Positions 1-9,084 of a stretch of DNA of 32,000 nucleotides are shown here, one piece after another. A program made the position numbers and the translations under genes. The DNA lies in the NCBI GenBank assembly GCA_047651235.1, contig CP178758.1:90001-122000 (forward strand), in the 5' to 3' direction. The notes under the pieces were generated by a model that worked only from the letters and a program-made list of their open reading frames with translations, did no database searches and was not told the origin of the DNA. This DNA is from Candidatus Electrothrix yaqonensis. Lineage in GTDB: Bacteria; Desulfobacterota; Desulfobulbia; Desulfobulbales; Desulfobulbaceae. Positions within the stretch are counted from its first letter, which is position 1, and every line of letters begins with the position of its first letter.

Positions 1-13
1 GAACGGGGTCTGT

Positions 14-823
14 ATGTTGAATTTAACTGATGAACAGCTGGAGCGTTACAGCCGCCACATCATTCTTCAGGGAGTGGGCCCGGAAGGGCAGGCGGCGCTG
101 CTGGAGGCCAAAGTGCTGGTTGTCGGCACCGGCGGATTGGGCTCTCCGATTTCTCTGTACCTTGCTGCTGCCGGAGTCGGCACCATCGGTATTGTGGATG
201 CCGATGTGGTGGATATATCCAATCTTCAGCGCCAGATCATTCATTCCACCAAAGATCTGGACCGCCCGAAAGTAGAGTCGGCTGCTGAAAAAATGCGGGC
301 CATTAATCCTGATATCGAGGTACGCCCCTATAAATTGTATCTGGATGCCGCCAATGTTGAGGAAATCATTCGGGAGTACGATTTTGTCATTGACGGCAGC
401 GATAATTTTCCCACCAAATTTTTGGTCAACGATGCCTGCGTGATGGCGGGTATTCCCTTTTCCCACGGCGGCATTCTCCGTTTTGACGGCCAGACCATGA
501 CTGTGCTTCCCGGTGAATCAGCCTGCTACCGCTGCTCGTTCAGACAGCCCCCGCCGCCGGACGCGGTCTCCAGCTGCTCACAGGCCGGTGTGCTCGGTGC
601 AATAGCCGGTATGCTGGGTGCTATCCAGGCAGCCGAAGCTCTGAAATTCATTACCGGAGCAGGCACCCTGCTCACCGACACCCTGCTGACTTTTGACGCC
701 GCAACCATGCGGTTCAGACGGGTGAACCTGAAAAAGCGTTCTGACTGCCCTCTCTGCGGAGAGAACCCCACCATCCATCAGCTTGAACAGAATAAACGGC
801 CGACCTGTGATCTGTCAGCCTGA
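14..823 (+). CDS. ThiF/MoeB/HesA-family E1-like adenylyltransferase (sulfur-carrier / molybdopterin-synthase adenylyltransferase type)
   Basis: 269-aa ORF with an ATG start. It has N-terminal RYSRHI, the Rossmann loop VVGTGGLGSPISLYLAAAGVG, the DxD...NLQRQ nucleotide-binding motif, and two CxxC pairs (CYRC, CPLC) typical of the MoeB/ThiF Zn site. No rhodanese domain is present. Confidence 0.9.
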   Translation: MLNLTDEQLERYSRHIILQGVGPEGQAALLEAKVLVVGTGGLGSPISLYLAAAGVGTIGIVDADVVDISNLQRQIIHSTKDLDRPKVESAAEKMRAINPDIEVRPYKLYLDAANVEEIIREYDFVIDGSDNFPTKFLVNDACVMAGIPFSHGGILRFDGQTMTVLPGESACYRCSFRQPPPPDAVSSCSQAGVLGAIAGMLGAIQAAEALKFITGAGTLLTDTLLTFDAATMRFRRVNLKKRSDCPLCGENPTIHQLEQNKRPTCDLSA

Positions 824-943
824 TCTGCTGTTGCTGTTCTGCAGAGCTGCCCAAAAGATAGAAAGAGAAATAACGAATACAGATGATCTGTCGGTCCGGT
901 CTGCCCGGCAAAGGAAAAACACCGCCGTAGAAAGAGGGTATTC

Positions 944-3424
944 ATGATACATTATGCACTTCCGCCATCCTTGGATGACGATATTTTCCGTTTTGAACAT
1001 GATTTTGCAGAATTCGGGGCCGGGCGGCTCCACGAGACCGCATTCACTGCCAAACGGGTCAAAATGGGGGTCTATCTTGAGCGGAATTACACGACCTATA
1101 TGTGCCGTATCCGGTGCAGCGGCAACATTATCAGCCCGCAGCAGCTTGCCGCTGTTGCGGAACTTGCCCGGAAATACGGGAACAGCCGAGTACATGTCAC
1201 CACCCGGGCGGAGCTGCAGCTGCATCGGATTGAGGAGGGCAATGTTGTTGCTGTTCTGCGCGGCCTGCAGGAGGCCGGACTTGCCTGCATAGGCGGGGGC
1301 GGCAATACCATCCGTAATATTATCGCTAACCACGATTCCGGGATCAGCCCGGATGAAGTGTTTGACGTGCTGCCCTGTATTATCGCCTTGACTGACCGGC
1401 TGATCGCGGAACCGGACAGCTGGGAAATGCCGAGAAAGGTCAAGATAGCCTTCAGCTCCCTGGCCGAAGAGCAGGCCTTCTGCCATATTCATGACATCGG
1501 CTTTGTGGCCCGGCGTAATACAGAAGGAGAACAGGGCTTCAGGGTGCATATCGGCGGCGGTCTGGGGGCACGGCCGAAAGCAGCTGTCCTGCTGCATGAG
1601 TTCATCCCGGAAGAGGACGTCTATCATGTGGTCAAGGCAGTGAAAAAACTGTTCCATCATTATGGAAACCGGAAGAACAAACACCGGAACAGGATTAAGT
1701 TTCTGCTGCATGATGACCTTGGTATCGAGGCCTTCCGTACCTACTATGAGCAGGAACTGTCCAGGGTCGTTGACCGGGGACATGCGAAACTGTACCCTGA
1801 ACCAATTGACAATACAGGAAATATCAACAGGGACATCGATCTTGCTCCGCAGTCCGAGCATTCCGATGATTTTCAGCTCTGGAAAAAACGGCATGTTGCT
1901 GCCCAGAAACAGAAAGGATTATGCCGGATCAGACTGCCCCTATCTGCAGGCGATCTGCAGGCCGGGGCCTGTTGCGCACTGGAAGAATTTCTCCGTCCTT
2001 TCGGAGAGAACACCCTGCGTTTTGGTACGGATCAGAATCTGTACCTGATTAATATTCCGAAAACATTCCTGGCAAATATTTACCATGCGGTGATGAACTG
2101 CAGCACTCTGAACGACAAACCCAGGTTGTACGGTAATTTGGTCTGCTGTGCCGGTGCGCAGGGCTGTCAGGTCGGGATAACGTCGCCCAAACCGGCTGCC
2201 CAGGCTATTTTTGATTATCTGGACACACTGGCGGCAGAGGATTTCTGTCCGCCCAATGACATCATGATCCGCATGAGCGGCTGTCCGAATTCATGCAGCA
2301 ACCACTGGATCGCTGATCTCGGATTTTACGGTAGGGTACGGAGGGTGGATGGGCATCTGATTCCGACCTACAATGTCCTCGGCAACGGCGGCGTGCATCA
2401 GGGAAAATTCAGGATCGCCGAAGAGGTCGGCTGGGTCCATGCTTATGATCTGCCCAGATTTATTGCCGAAGTGATGCGTCGCTATATCAACTTTAAGGAG
2501 CAGGATGATTCTGATCATGCAGTAAATTTTAATGATTACTGGTGCAGCGGCGGCAGAGAAATCATCAGGGAACTGTGTGCATCCGGATATCATGACATTC
2601 CCTCCTTTGCGGACGACAAAAACTACTATTTTGATCACGGGGCGGACCAGCTCTTTTCCGTCAGTGATCTCGGCCAGGCGGAATGTTCCGCCGGTATGTA
2701 CGACATGATCGATGCGGATGACAGGGCTGTGCGGAAGAATCTCCGGCGCCTGGATGAACAAGTGCCGGTAAAGGACGAAAAGGACGGACTGAGCAGACTG
2801 CTGCAGGATACCCTGTTTCGTGCGGCGAGAATGCTGATGATTACACGGGGAGAGGAGCCGGGAAACGAGTCCGAGGTCTATCCCCTGTTTGTCCGGCATT
2901 TTCTTGATACCGGTCTTGTTGATGCCTCGTACCGGCCACTGATCGAACTGGCCTGCCAAGGAAAAACGGATACGTTACTCCGGCAGAAAGAGCGTATTGT
3001 TGCCTTTGCCCGGGAGATCAGGGAACTGTACAGAAGCATGGACAATACCATGCGGTTTCCCGGAGAAACAGAAAATATGGCGCTCAGACTGCTGGCAAAA
3101 GATAACAGTCAGATGGATGAGTTGACGCCGGACGTTGAGCCGGAGCCTCAGGCGAAAGGCAGGACCGAGGAAAGTGCGGATTCGGATAGCTCGCAACGGA
3201 AGCCGGACAGGTTCAAAGACCTGAGCGGAGTGAAATGTCCCCTGAACTTTGCCCAGACCAAAGTGCAGCTCTTTGGCATGAATTCCGGGGAACTCCTGGA
3301 GATTATCCTTGATGAGGGTCCGCCCATAAAAAATGTGCCCGGCTCGGTCGAGCTGGAAGGGCATACCATCCTGCGGCAGGAAAAAATCGGTGCGCAGTGG
3401 TCGGTGCTGATCCGGAAGGCGTAG
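944..3424 (+). CDS. Assimilatory-type siroheme-[4Fe-4S] sulfite/nitrite reductase hemoprotein with an uncharacterised middle region and a C-terminal TusA/SirA-like sulfur-carrier domain
   Basis: 826-aa ORF with AGAGGG 6 nt upstream of the ATG. Both halves of the SiR/NiR repeat are present (TTRAELQLHRI...GGGGNTIRNI in the first half). The Cys-X5-Cys ... Cys-X3-Cys cluster/siroheme ligands are CAGAQGC (nt 2147-2167) and CPNSC (nt 2282-2296). The last ~70 aa (nt ~3206-3421), GVKCPLNF..GELLEIILDEGPP..NVP...EGHTIL...W.VLIRK, align with TusA. Confidence 0.85.
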   Translation: MIHYALPPSLDDDIFRFEHDFAEFGAGRLHETAFTAKRVKMGVYLERNYTTYMCRIRCSGNIISPQQLAAVAELARKYGNSRVHVTTRAELQLHRIEEGNVVAVLRGLQEAGLACIGGGGNTIRNIIANHDSGISPDEVFDVLPCIIALTDRLIAEPDSWEMPRKVKIAFSSLAEEQAFCHIHDIGFVARRNTEGEQGFRVHIGGGLGARPKAAVLLHEFIPEEDVYHVVKAVKKLFHHYGNRKNKHRNRIKFLLHDDLGIEAFRTYYEQELSRVVDRGHAKLYPEPIDNTGNINRDIDLAPQSEHSDDFQLWKKRHVAAQKQKGLCRIRLPLSAGDLQAGACCALEEFLRPFGENTLRFGTDQNLYLINIPKTFLANIYHAVMNCSTLNDKPRLYGNLVCCAGAQGCQVGITSPKPAAQAIFDYLDTLAAEDFCPPNDIMIRMSGCPNSCSNHWIADLGFYGRVRRVDGHLIPTYNVLGNGGVHQGKFRIAEEVGWVHAYDLPRFIAEVMRRYINFKEQDDSDHAVNFNDYWCSGGREIIRELCASGYHDIPSFADDKNYYFDHGADQLFSVSDLGQAECSAGMYDMIDADDRAVRKNLRRLDEQVPVKDEKDGLSRLLQDTLFRAARMLMITRGEEPGNESEVYPLFVRHFLDTGLVDASYRPLIELACQGKTDTLLRQKERIVAFAREIRELYRSMDNTMRFPGETENMALRLLAKDNSQMDELTPDVEPEPQAKGRTEESADSDSSQRKPDRFKDLSGVKCPLNFAQTKVQLFGMNSGELLEIILDEGPPIKNVPGSVELEGHTILRQEKIGAQWSVLIRKA

Positions 3425-3493
3425 GTCAGTACGGGCAATCCCCAGAGTAGCACGAAATTATGAAGCAAGTCGCCTGATTGCCGCTCCCCCCTT

Positions 3494-4846
3494 CTACCGT
3501 TTCTTCCGACCGCTGCGCTCCCGGAAAAACAAACGAATCGGTATCCGGTCCAGGCCCAGTCCCTCCCGGAAACGGTTCTTGAGGTAGCGCTGATAGGAAA
3601 AATGGATGCCTTTCGGGTCGTTGGTGACCACAGCAAAGGATGGCGGGGCTGTATCAACCTGGGCAGTGTAGTAGAGCTTCAGGCGGCGGCCGCGATACAT
3701 GGGCGGCTCGTGGTGATGGGTCGCCGCTTCCAGCAGCCGGTTCAGGGCCGAGGTGGAGAAACGCTGATAAAACTGGCGGTGCATCTTGCCGATTTCCGGA
3801 AAAATACGTTTAATCCCGGAACCGGTTTTGGCAGACACCCTGAACACCGGGGCAAAGGGGATGAAATTTGTGGCCAGCCGCACCTCTTCCAGCAGCTGCT
3901 TCTGCCGCTGTTTGTCGTCCTGAATCAGATCCCATTTATTGAGCAGAATCATCAGGGCACGGCCGTGGTCCTGGGTATAGCCGATCACCTTGGTATCCTG
4001 GTCCGTTATGCCTTCTTTCGCATCAATCAGCACTACGGCAATATCGCAGCGGCTCAGGGCCTTGAGCGCTTTGAGGATGGAGAACTTCTCCAGCTTGTCC
4101 TTGGTCTTGCCCTTGCGGCGGATACCGGCGGTATCAATGAGCAGGTAGCTGTACTGGTCACGGGTAAGCAGGGTGTCCACGGAGTCACGGGTGGTGCCGG
4201 AGACATCGGAAACCACCATCCGCTCCTGCCCCATGATAGCGTTGATCATGGAGGACTTGCCCACGTTGGGCCGCCCGAAAAAAGCGAGCCGGACAGTACC
4301 TTCGGGCAGTTCTGCCGGGGCCTCACTTTTTCCAAGCTTTGCAGCCAGGGCATCCATCAGGGTACGGAAACCGTAACCGTGATCACCGGACAGGGCCCAG
4401 AGCTGCTCTACGCCCAGCTCCCAGAACGGACTCAGCAGCTCGGTTTCAATCTCCGGGGAATCGATCTTGTTGACCACAAAAAAACAATTCTTTTCCGTAC
4501 GCCGCAGCAGGTCAACAATCTCCCAGTCACCGGGCATGACCCCCTGCCGTCCGTCCATGAGGAAAAGGACAAAATCGGCTTCGTCCACCGCCTGCATGGC
4601 CTGGGTGCGGATATGATTGCTGAACCGGTCGCTGTCCGGCCCGTCCGCCTCTTCAATGCCGCCGGTATCCACCAGCATGAAGATATGTTCCTCCCAGCCG
4701 GCCTGTGCATAATGGCGGTCGCGGGTGACTCCGGGTGTGGAATCGACAATGGCGTCGCGCCGCCGGATGATGCGGTTGAACAGGGTGGATTTCCCCACAT
4801 TGGGCCGTCCGATCAGGACGACCAGGGGACAGGAAGTGCTTTTCAC
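3494..4846 (-). CDS. der: Ribosome-associated GTPase Der/EngA (double GTPase domain plus KH-like C-terminus)
   Basis: 450-aa ORF with a GTG start. It has two P-loops (GRPNVGKSTLFN, GRPNVGKSSMIN), two DTxG motifs (DTGG, DTAG) and two NKxD motifs (NKID, NKWD). Confidence 0.95.
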   Translation of the reverse strand: MKSTSCPLVVLIGRPNVGKSTLFNRIIRRRDAIVDSTPGVTRDRHYAQAGWEEHIFMLVDTGGIEEADGPDSDRFSNHIRTQAMQAVDEADFVLFLMDGRQGVMPGDWEIVDLLRRTEKNCFFVVNKIDSPEIETELLSPFWELGVEQLWALSGDHGYGFRTLMDALAAKLGKSEAPAELPEGTVRLAFFGRPNVGKSSMINAIMGQERMVVSDVSGTTRDSVDTLLTRDQYSYLLIDTAGIRRKGKTKDKLEKFSILKALKALSRCDIAVVLIDAKEGITDQDTKVIGYTQDHGRALMILLNKWDLIQDDKQRQKQLLEEVRLATNFIPFAPVFRVSAKTGSGIKRIFPEIGKMHRQFYQRFSTSALNRLLEAATHHHEPPMYRGRRLKLYYTAQVDTAPPSFAVVTNDPKGIHFSYQRYLKNRFREGLGLDRIPIRLFFRERSGRKKR

Positions 4847-5054
4847 GATCAGTCTGCCTGGTCAGAAATAAAATATCGGCTTGTCAGCTCAGCTACTGCT
4901 TCCCTGTTTGAGGGAGGTATGGAACAGAGGGGCAATCCGGATACCGGTTGGGCGTTGCAGCAAGAATACTCGCACCAAAGGCGTTTGGCAAGCAGGGTTT
5001 TGCGGAAAGAGGCGACTACAGGAAAACGATACAGGAAGGAGGGGAGAACGGCTA

Positions 5055-6488
5055 TCATCCCGCAAACAGCTTGCGTACTTCTTTCAGGTAATCGGAATTG
5101 CAGATTACAATGGCCCGGTTGCCTTCCTGAATATGGGTGGAGCCTACAGCCGTAGTCCACGCGCCGTCCCGGAAAACGCTGCCGACGATGATATGCCCGG
5201 CAAATGAGGCATCCAAGGCAGCCAGCGGCTTCCGGGTGACCCGCGCATCGGGAGCCGCAATCAGATCAACGACCTCAGCATCAAAGCCATGCATATGCAT
5301 GACAGACAGCAGCTCGCTGCGGCTGATATAGGTGAGGATCTCGTTCCCGGCCAGCAATTTTTTATTCAGGACAATATCGGAACCGCTGGTGGCGGCCAGC
5401 ACCATGTAGTCTTTATCGTTGACCATGCAGACGGTCTTTTTCAGGTTACGGCGCTGCGGTTCATTTTGTTCGGTCTCCCGGTCCATGAGCTGTTTGGCCA
5501 GCAGGCAGCTCATAATATTGGTTTCGTTCTGGCCGGTGGCAGCCACAAAGGTATCCATATCCGGCAGCCCTGCTCCTTCGAGGAGCTGCTTGTCCGAACC
5601 GTCACCGTGCAGAATTTCGGTATAGGGCAGCATGGAGGACAGTTCCGTGGCCCGCTGTTCATTTTTTTCCAGAAGACGGACCTGCACATCCTTACCTAAC
5701 AGCTCGGCCAGGCGGCTGCCCACTAGGCCGCCGCCGAGGATCATGATCCGGTTTCTTCGCTGCTGCTGAATACCGGTCAGCTCGATCAGACGGGGCAGAT
5801 CGTCCCGGTCCGCCATAATCAGGATCTGGTCATGCGGCAGAATTTCGTCCTGTCCTCCGGGAATGATCGTCGTGATACCCCGTGAAATGGCCACGACCCG
5901 AAAGGGGAATTCGTTATAGGTTCCTGCGATTTCAAAAAGAGTTTTGTTGGCCAGGGGAGAATCGTTATAAATACGGGCTGCCAGTACCTGCATTTCACCC
6001 AAAGCAATATCTATAATCTCATCACCGGAAGTCCGTTTGATCATCCGGGTGATCTCCTGGGCTGCCAGCTCCTCCGGATGAATAAACAGATCGATCTTCA
6101 GATCTCCACCCTGCAGAACGGAGTTTTCATGCCCGAAATCCAGGGAGCGCACTCTGGCGATTTTGCACGCAATGCCGAATTTATCGGCAATCATGGAGCC
6201 CATCATATTGACGGCGTCGTTGTCTGTTACTGCGATAAGACAGTCTATCCGGTCAGCCCTGGCTTCCTGCCAGCAGCTGATGTCCATTGCACCGCCGTGG
6301 ATAATCCGGGCATCAAGGTTGTCATCGGCATAGCGTACCAGATCGGCATCTGCTTCAATAGCGGTGATGGAATATTCTTCGTCCAGTAGCCGTTCCGCCA
6401 GATGGTAGCCGATGCCGCCGAGACCGAGGATAAGAATACTTTTCGGATCGTTGGAGCTATCTTTCAGTTTTTTCAGTCTGCCAAACAT
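5055..6488 (-). CDS. trkA: Trk potassium-uptake system NAD-binding protein TrkA (two RCK_N plus two RCK_C modules)
   Basis: 477-aa ORF with two Rossmann GxGxxG loops (ILGLGGIGYHLA and ILGGGLVGSRLA), each followed by a TrkA_C-like segment. The length fits the duplicated TrkA architecture. Confidence 0.85.
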   Translation of the reverse strand: MFGRLKKLKDSSNDPKSILILGLGGIGYHLAERLLDEEYSITAIEADADLVRYADDNLDARIIHGGAMDISCWQEARADRIDCLIAVTDNDAVNMMGSMIADKFGIACKIARVRSLDFGHENSVLQGGDLKIDLFIHPEELAAQEITRMIKRTSGDEIIDIALGEMQVLAARIYNDSPLANKTLFEIAGTYNEFPFRVVAISRGITTIIPGGQDEILPHDQILIMADRDDLPRLIELTGIQQQRRNRIMILGGGLVGSRLAELLGKDVQVRLLEKNEQRATELSSMLPYTEILHGDGSDKQLLEGAGLPDMDTFVAATGQNETNIMSCLLAKQLMDRETEQNEPQRRNLKKTVCMVNDKDYMVLAATSGSDIVLNKKLLAGNEILTYISRSELLSVMHMHGFDAEVVDLIAAPDARVTRKPLAALDASFAGHIIVGSVFRDGAWTTAVGSTHIQEGNRAIVICNSDYLKEVRKLFAG

Positions 6489-6547
6489 GATACGGGATTC
6501 AGTCTTGGACTACCGGATAGTGCTGCCTTATAAAGACGGAGCTGAGA

Positions 6548-6583
6548 TTGAACACAAAACCCACCGACTTTCATCGGTGGGTT
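6548..6583 (-). terminator. Rho-independent terminator downstream of the Tat-oxidoreductase gene
   Basis: Perfect 10-bp stem, aacccaccga (6558-6567) with tcggtgggtt (6574-6583), around a 6-nt loop. On the minus strand it is followed by TTTGTGTT, about 60 nt after the stop at 6646. Confidence 0.6.
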
Positions 6584-6645
6584 ATTCGAAACGGTCAGAT
6601 TGTTCGCGCTATTGGCTGTTTCACCGTATAGCAGAAATTGCAGGA

Positions 6646-8382
6646 CTATCCCAGCACGCCGTCTTCAACCATGCATTTGAGAGCCTCTTTGCCGGAAAGC
6701 ATTACCAGCTCAAAACTGCCGCCGGGGTAGGTCCAGGCACCGGAGAGATAAAGCCCTTCTATGGGACTCCGGTTCCCGATTCTCTTGAATCCGGAATTAT
6801 CTCTGATCTGCTCAAATCCGTAGATTGCGCCCTGTGTATTACCGGTAAAACGGACATTGGTCAAAGGAGTGGAAGACTCCTCCATGATAATCATGTCTGA
6901 GAGTCCGGGCAATACCGATTGCTCTGCCATCCTGATAATGTCTCTGGTAACGTGTTCTTTTCTCCTGTAGTATCTTTCTTTGTCCCCGGAAAAATACTCT
7001 TGTTCATACTTTTGCCAAGGTTCATAACCGGAAAGCAGCATAAGAGAGATTAAGGATTTTCCCTTGGGAGAGAATCCCTCAATCAGTCTGTCATAATTCA
7101 TCAGAGCAATTCCTGCACCATACGGATTACCTCGTCGCATAGATGCCTTATATGTTTTTTCAGGATCATAGTCGGGATAGATAAAAAGATCCGATTGATG
7201 AATATCATAACTGATGTCCTGATTCAATCCTAACCAGACACTGGTGTGGCTTATACTGGGCCGATATCGATTTATCTGCTTCGTATATTTGCTCGGCACT
7301 TCCGACTCCGGAAGAAGCCTGCCAAAGGTCTGTAGAACAGATGCATTGCTGACGACAGCTTTACTGTAATATGCGTTATCTTCTGTTTTTACACCGACAG
7401 CTTTTCCGTTTTCAAGAATGATTTCTTTTACCTCTGTATCGAGGAGAATTCCGCCTCCGGCTTGCATAACAAGTCCGGCCAATGCATCGCTCAACGTCTG
7501 AGAGGTACCACGAATATAAAATTTTCCGTAATTATGATACCACCCGGTGGTCCACAGGTAGAACCACGCAGGCAGCTGGGAAGGCGGAAGCCCATAGTAA
7601 CCCCAGGATTGACTCAATATACCCCGCAGCTTCTGGTTTCTTATACCATATTCGGACATATGGTCAGCAAGTGTTTTCCCGATCATACGAGCCCATGTCG
7701 GGTAGCTCCTGAAGAACGCATCAAGAGGCGGCATCCCGTTTTCCGGCACTTCTGCATAGAACTGCCCTATCTCGGAGAGCAGGATCTCCCAGTTAGCCAT
7801 ATATCGGGCCAGCTGCGTGCTTTCTTCGGGAAACATAGGAAGGAGCATATCTGTCATCTGTTGTATGCCAGTGGCTCCCCCCGGCATACCGGTTGGAAAG
7901 TCAAGAGCAAGACCATTACGGTAACATGCTGCAAGCCCGTTAGGGTCAAGCTCACTGATTCCATCCGGGGTATCGGAGGAGAAATCAGGAACAGGATTAT
8001 AAGGGTACAGTGCATTCCAGCTGTATTCGTGCGGAATAAGCACGTTGTTAAGATTTGGTCCGAAAAGTTGATTTAACACATTAAGAGTAACAGGGCTGCC
8101 GGTAATGCCGTGCAGAGATACCTCGCAGGTAAAACCATCCCGTTGAAATGAAGTGGCATATCCTCCGACCTTGTCACGCTGGTCAATGACCAGAGGTCTG
8201 TAGCCGGATTGGACGAGCCAGGCTGCACAGGATAACCCGCCTAATCCTGCACCGATAATAATAACATCGTATTTGTCCCCGTTAGTCGATCCGCCCTTCG
8301 CCCACGCCGGGCATTGCCAGTTCATCAGTGCTGCTGCTGACGCCATTCCTGATATCCATAAAAAATCCCTGCGTGAAATCAT
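6646..8382 (-). CDS. Tat-exported FAD/NAD(P)-dependent oxidoreductase, phytoene-desaturase/amine-oxidase (COG1233-like) superfamily
   Basis: The ORF extends to 8403, but the ATG at 8382 has AAAGGAGA 5 nt upstream and starts MISRRDFLWISGMASAAALMNWQCPAWA-KG. That is a twin-arginine motif, an h-region and an AxA cleavage site. A dinucleotide fold, DVIIIGAGLGGLSCAAWL, follows directly. Confidence 0.8.
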   Translation of the reverse strand: MISRRDFLWISGMASAAALMNWQCPAWAKGGSTNGDKYDVIIIGAGLGGLSCAAWLVQSGYRPLVIDQRDKVGGYATSFQRDGFTCEVSLHGITGSPVTLNVLNQLFGPNLNNVLIPHEYSWNALYPYNPVPDFSSDTPDGISELDPNGLAACYRNGLALDFPTGMPGGATGIQQMTDMLLPMFPEESTQLARYMANWEILLSEIGQFYAEVPENGMPPLDAFFRSYPTWARMIGKTLADHMSEYGIRNQKLRGILSQSWGYYGLPPSQLPAWFYLWTTGWYHNYGKFYIRGTSQTLSDALAGLVMQAGGGILLDTEVKEIILENGKAVGVKTEDNAYYSKAVVSNASVLQTFGRLLPESEVPSKYTKQINRYRPSISHTSVWLGLNQDISYDIHQSDLFIYPDYDPEKTYKASMRRGNPYGAGIALMNYDRLIEGFSPKGKSLISLMLLSGYEPWQKYEQEYFSGDKERYYRRKEHVTRDIIRMAEQSVLPGLSDMIIMEESSTPLTNVRFTGNTQGAIYGFEQIRDNSGFKRIGNRSPIEGLYLSGAWTYPGGSFELVMLSGKEALKCMVEDGVLG

Positions 8383-9084
8383 TCCGGTCTCCTTTTCGCG
8401 CATGCGTTGTTGGTTGAGTTGATTTAGCTGGTTTTAAAAAACAAAAAAATAAAGCCGTTTTGTTGACTCCCGTCAGATCAAGCAGCCAAGCGGGAGCCGG
8501 ACAGGTACATTTTTGAGAGGAGTCCTTCTGCCCGGGGCAATGATGCATCTGCCCTGATAAGGTGCAGAGGATGAGACCCGTTGGGCAATACGTGAAGTGG
8601 AATTTTTCTTCTTGAGTGAGGGAACGGAATTCCGAATATAGGGAAATCTGCTGATACGGTTATGAAGGGAACTGTAAAGTAAAATAATCTCAGAAAAGTT
8701 ATCATGATATGCCTCCTGGTCCACGTAAAAGCAGGCAACCCGGCCATCTCCATTATGGAGATCCGTAGTTTTCCGACACCGCCTCGCGACGGCTGTGGCT
8801 TTATCAGCTTTCCGGTTTCAACCAGAAAGCAAGGCACCCGCTTAGTTTAAAGCTTTGCCCTTATTTTTAGTATAATTGATTATATATTATTTTTGGTACT
8901 TCTGCAACAATATGCTGAACTTTTGATTTTCGCTTCAAACTTGATCGATTTATATCCTTTTCAGGACATTAAGTGAATACTGAAAGAATGCCTAAGAACT
9001 GAGATCAATACAGGAGGGCTAAAGTTTTGGTCTTCCTGCAGGCAAGGCGGATGGAATGATATTCCGTCCGTTCTTGTCAGGGGC

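Noticed and set aside
815-1894. 359-aa minus-strand ORF antisense to the sulfite reductase gene. Similar long antisense ORFs occur at 3602-5155 (517 aa, opposite der), 17249-18517 (422 aa, opposite hisD), 12082-13080, 21160-21933, 29503-30417 and 30821-31468.
   Set aside because: Each lies opposite a gene with unambiguous family motifs. Their translations are low-complexity (Gly/Arg/Pro/His-rich) with no recognisable domains or SD sequences. They are typical shadow ORFs in GC-rich coding DNA.
8469-8515. The sequence GTCAGATCAAGCAGCCAAGCGGGAGCCGGACAGGT resembles the conserved AAGCAGCCAAGG core of SRP (4.5S) RNA.
   Set aside because: The GGAA tetraloop hairpin and the symmetric-loop partner strand of SRP domain IV are absent, and the flanks do not form the long closing helix. 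The resemblance is probably coincidental.
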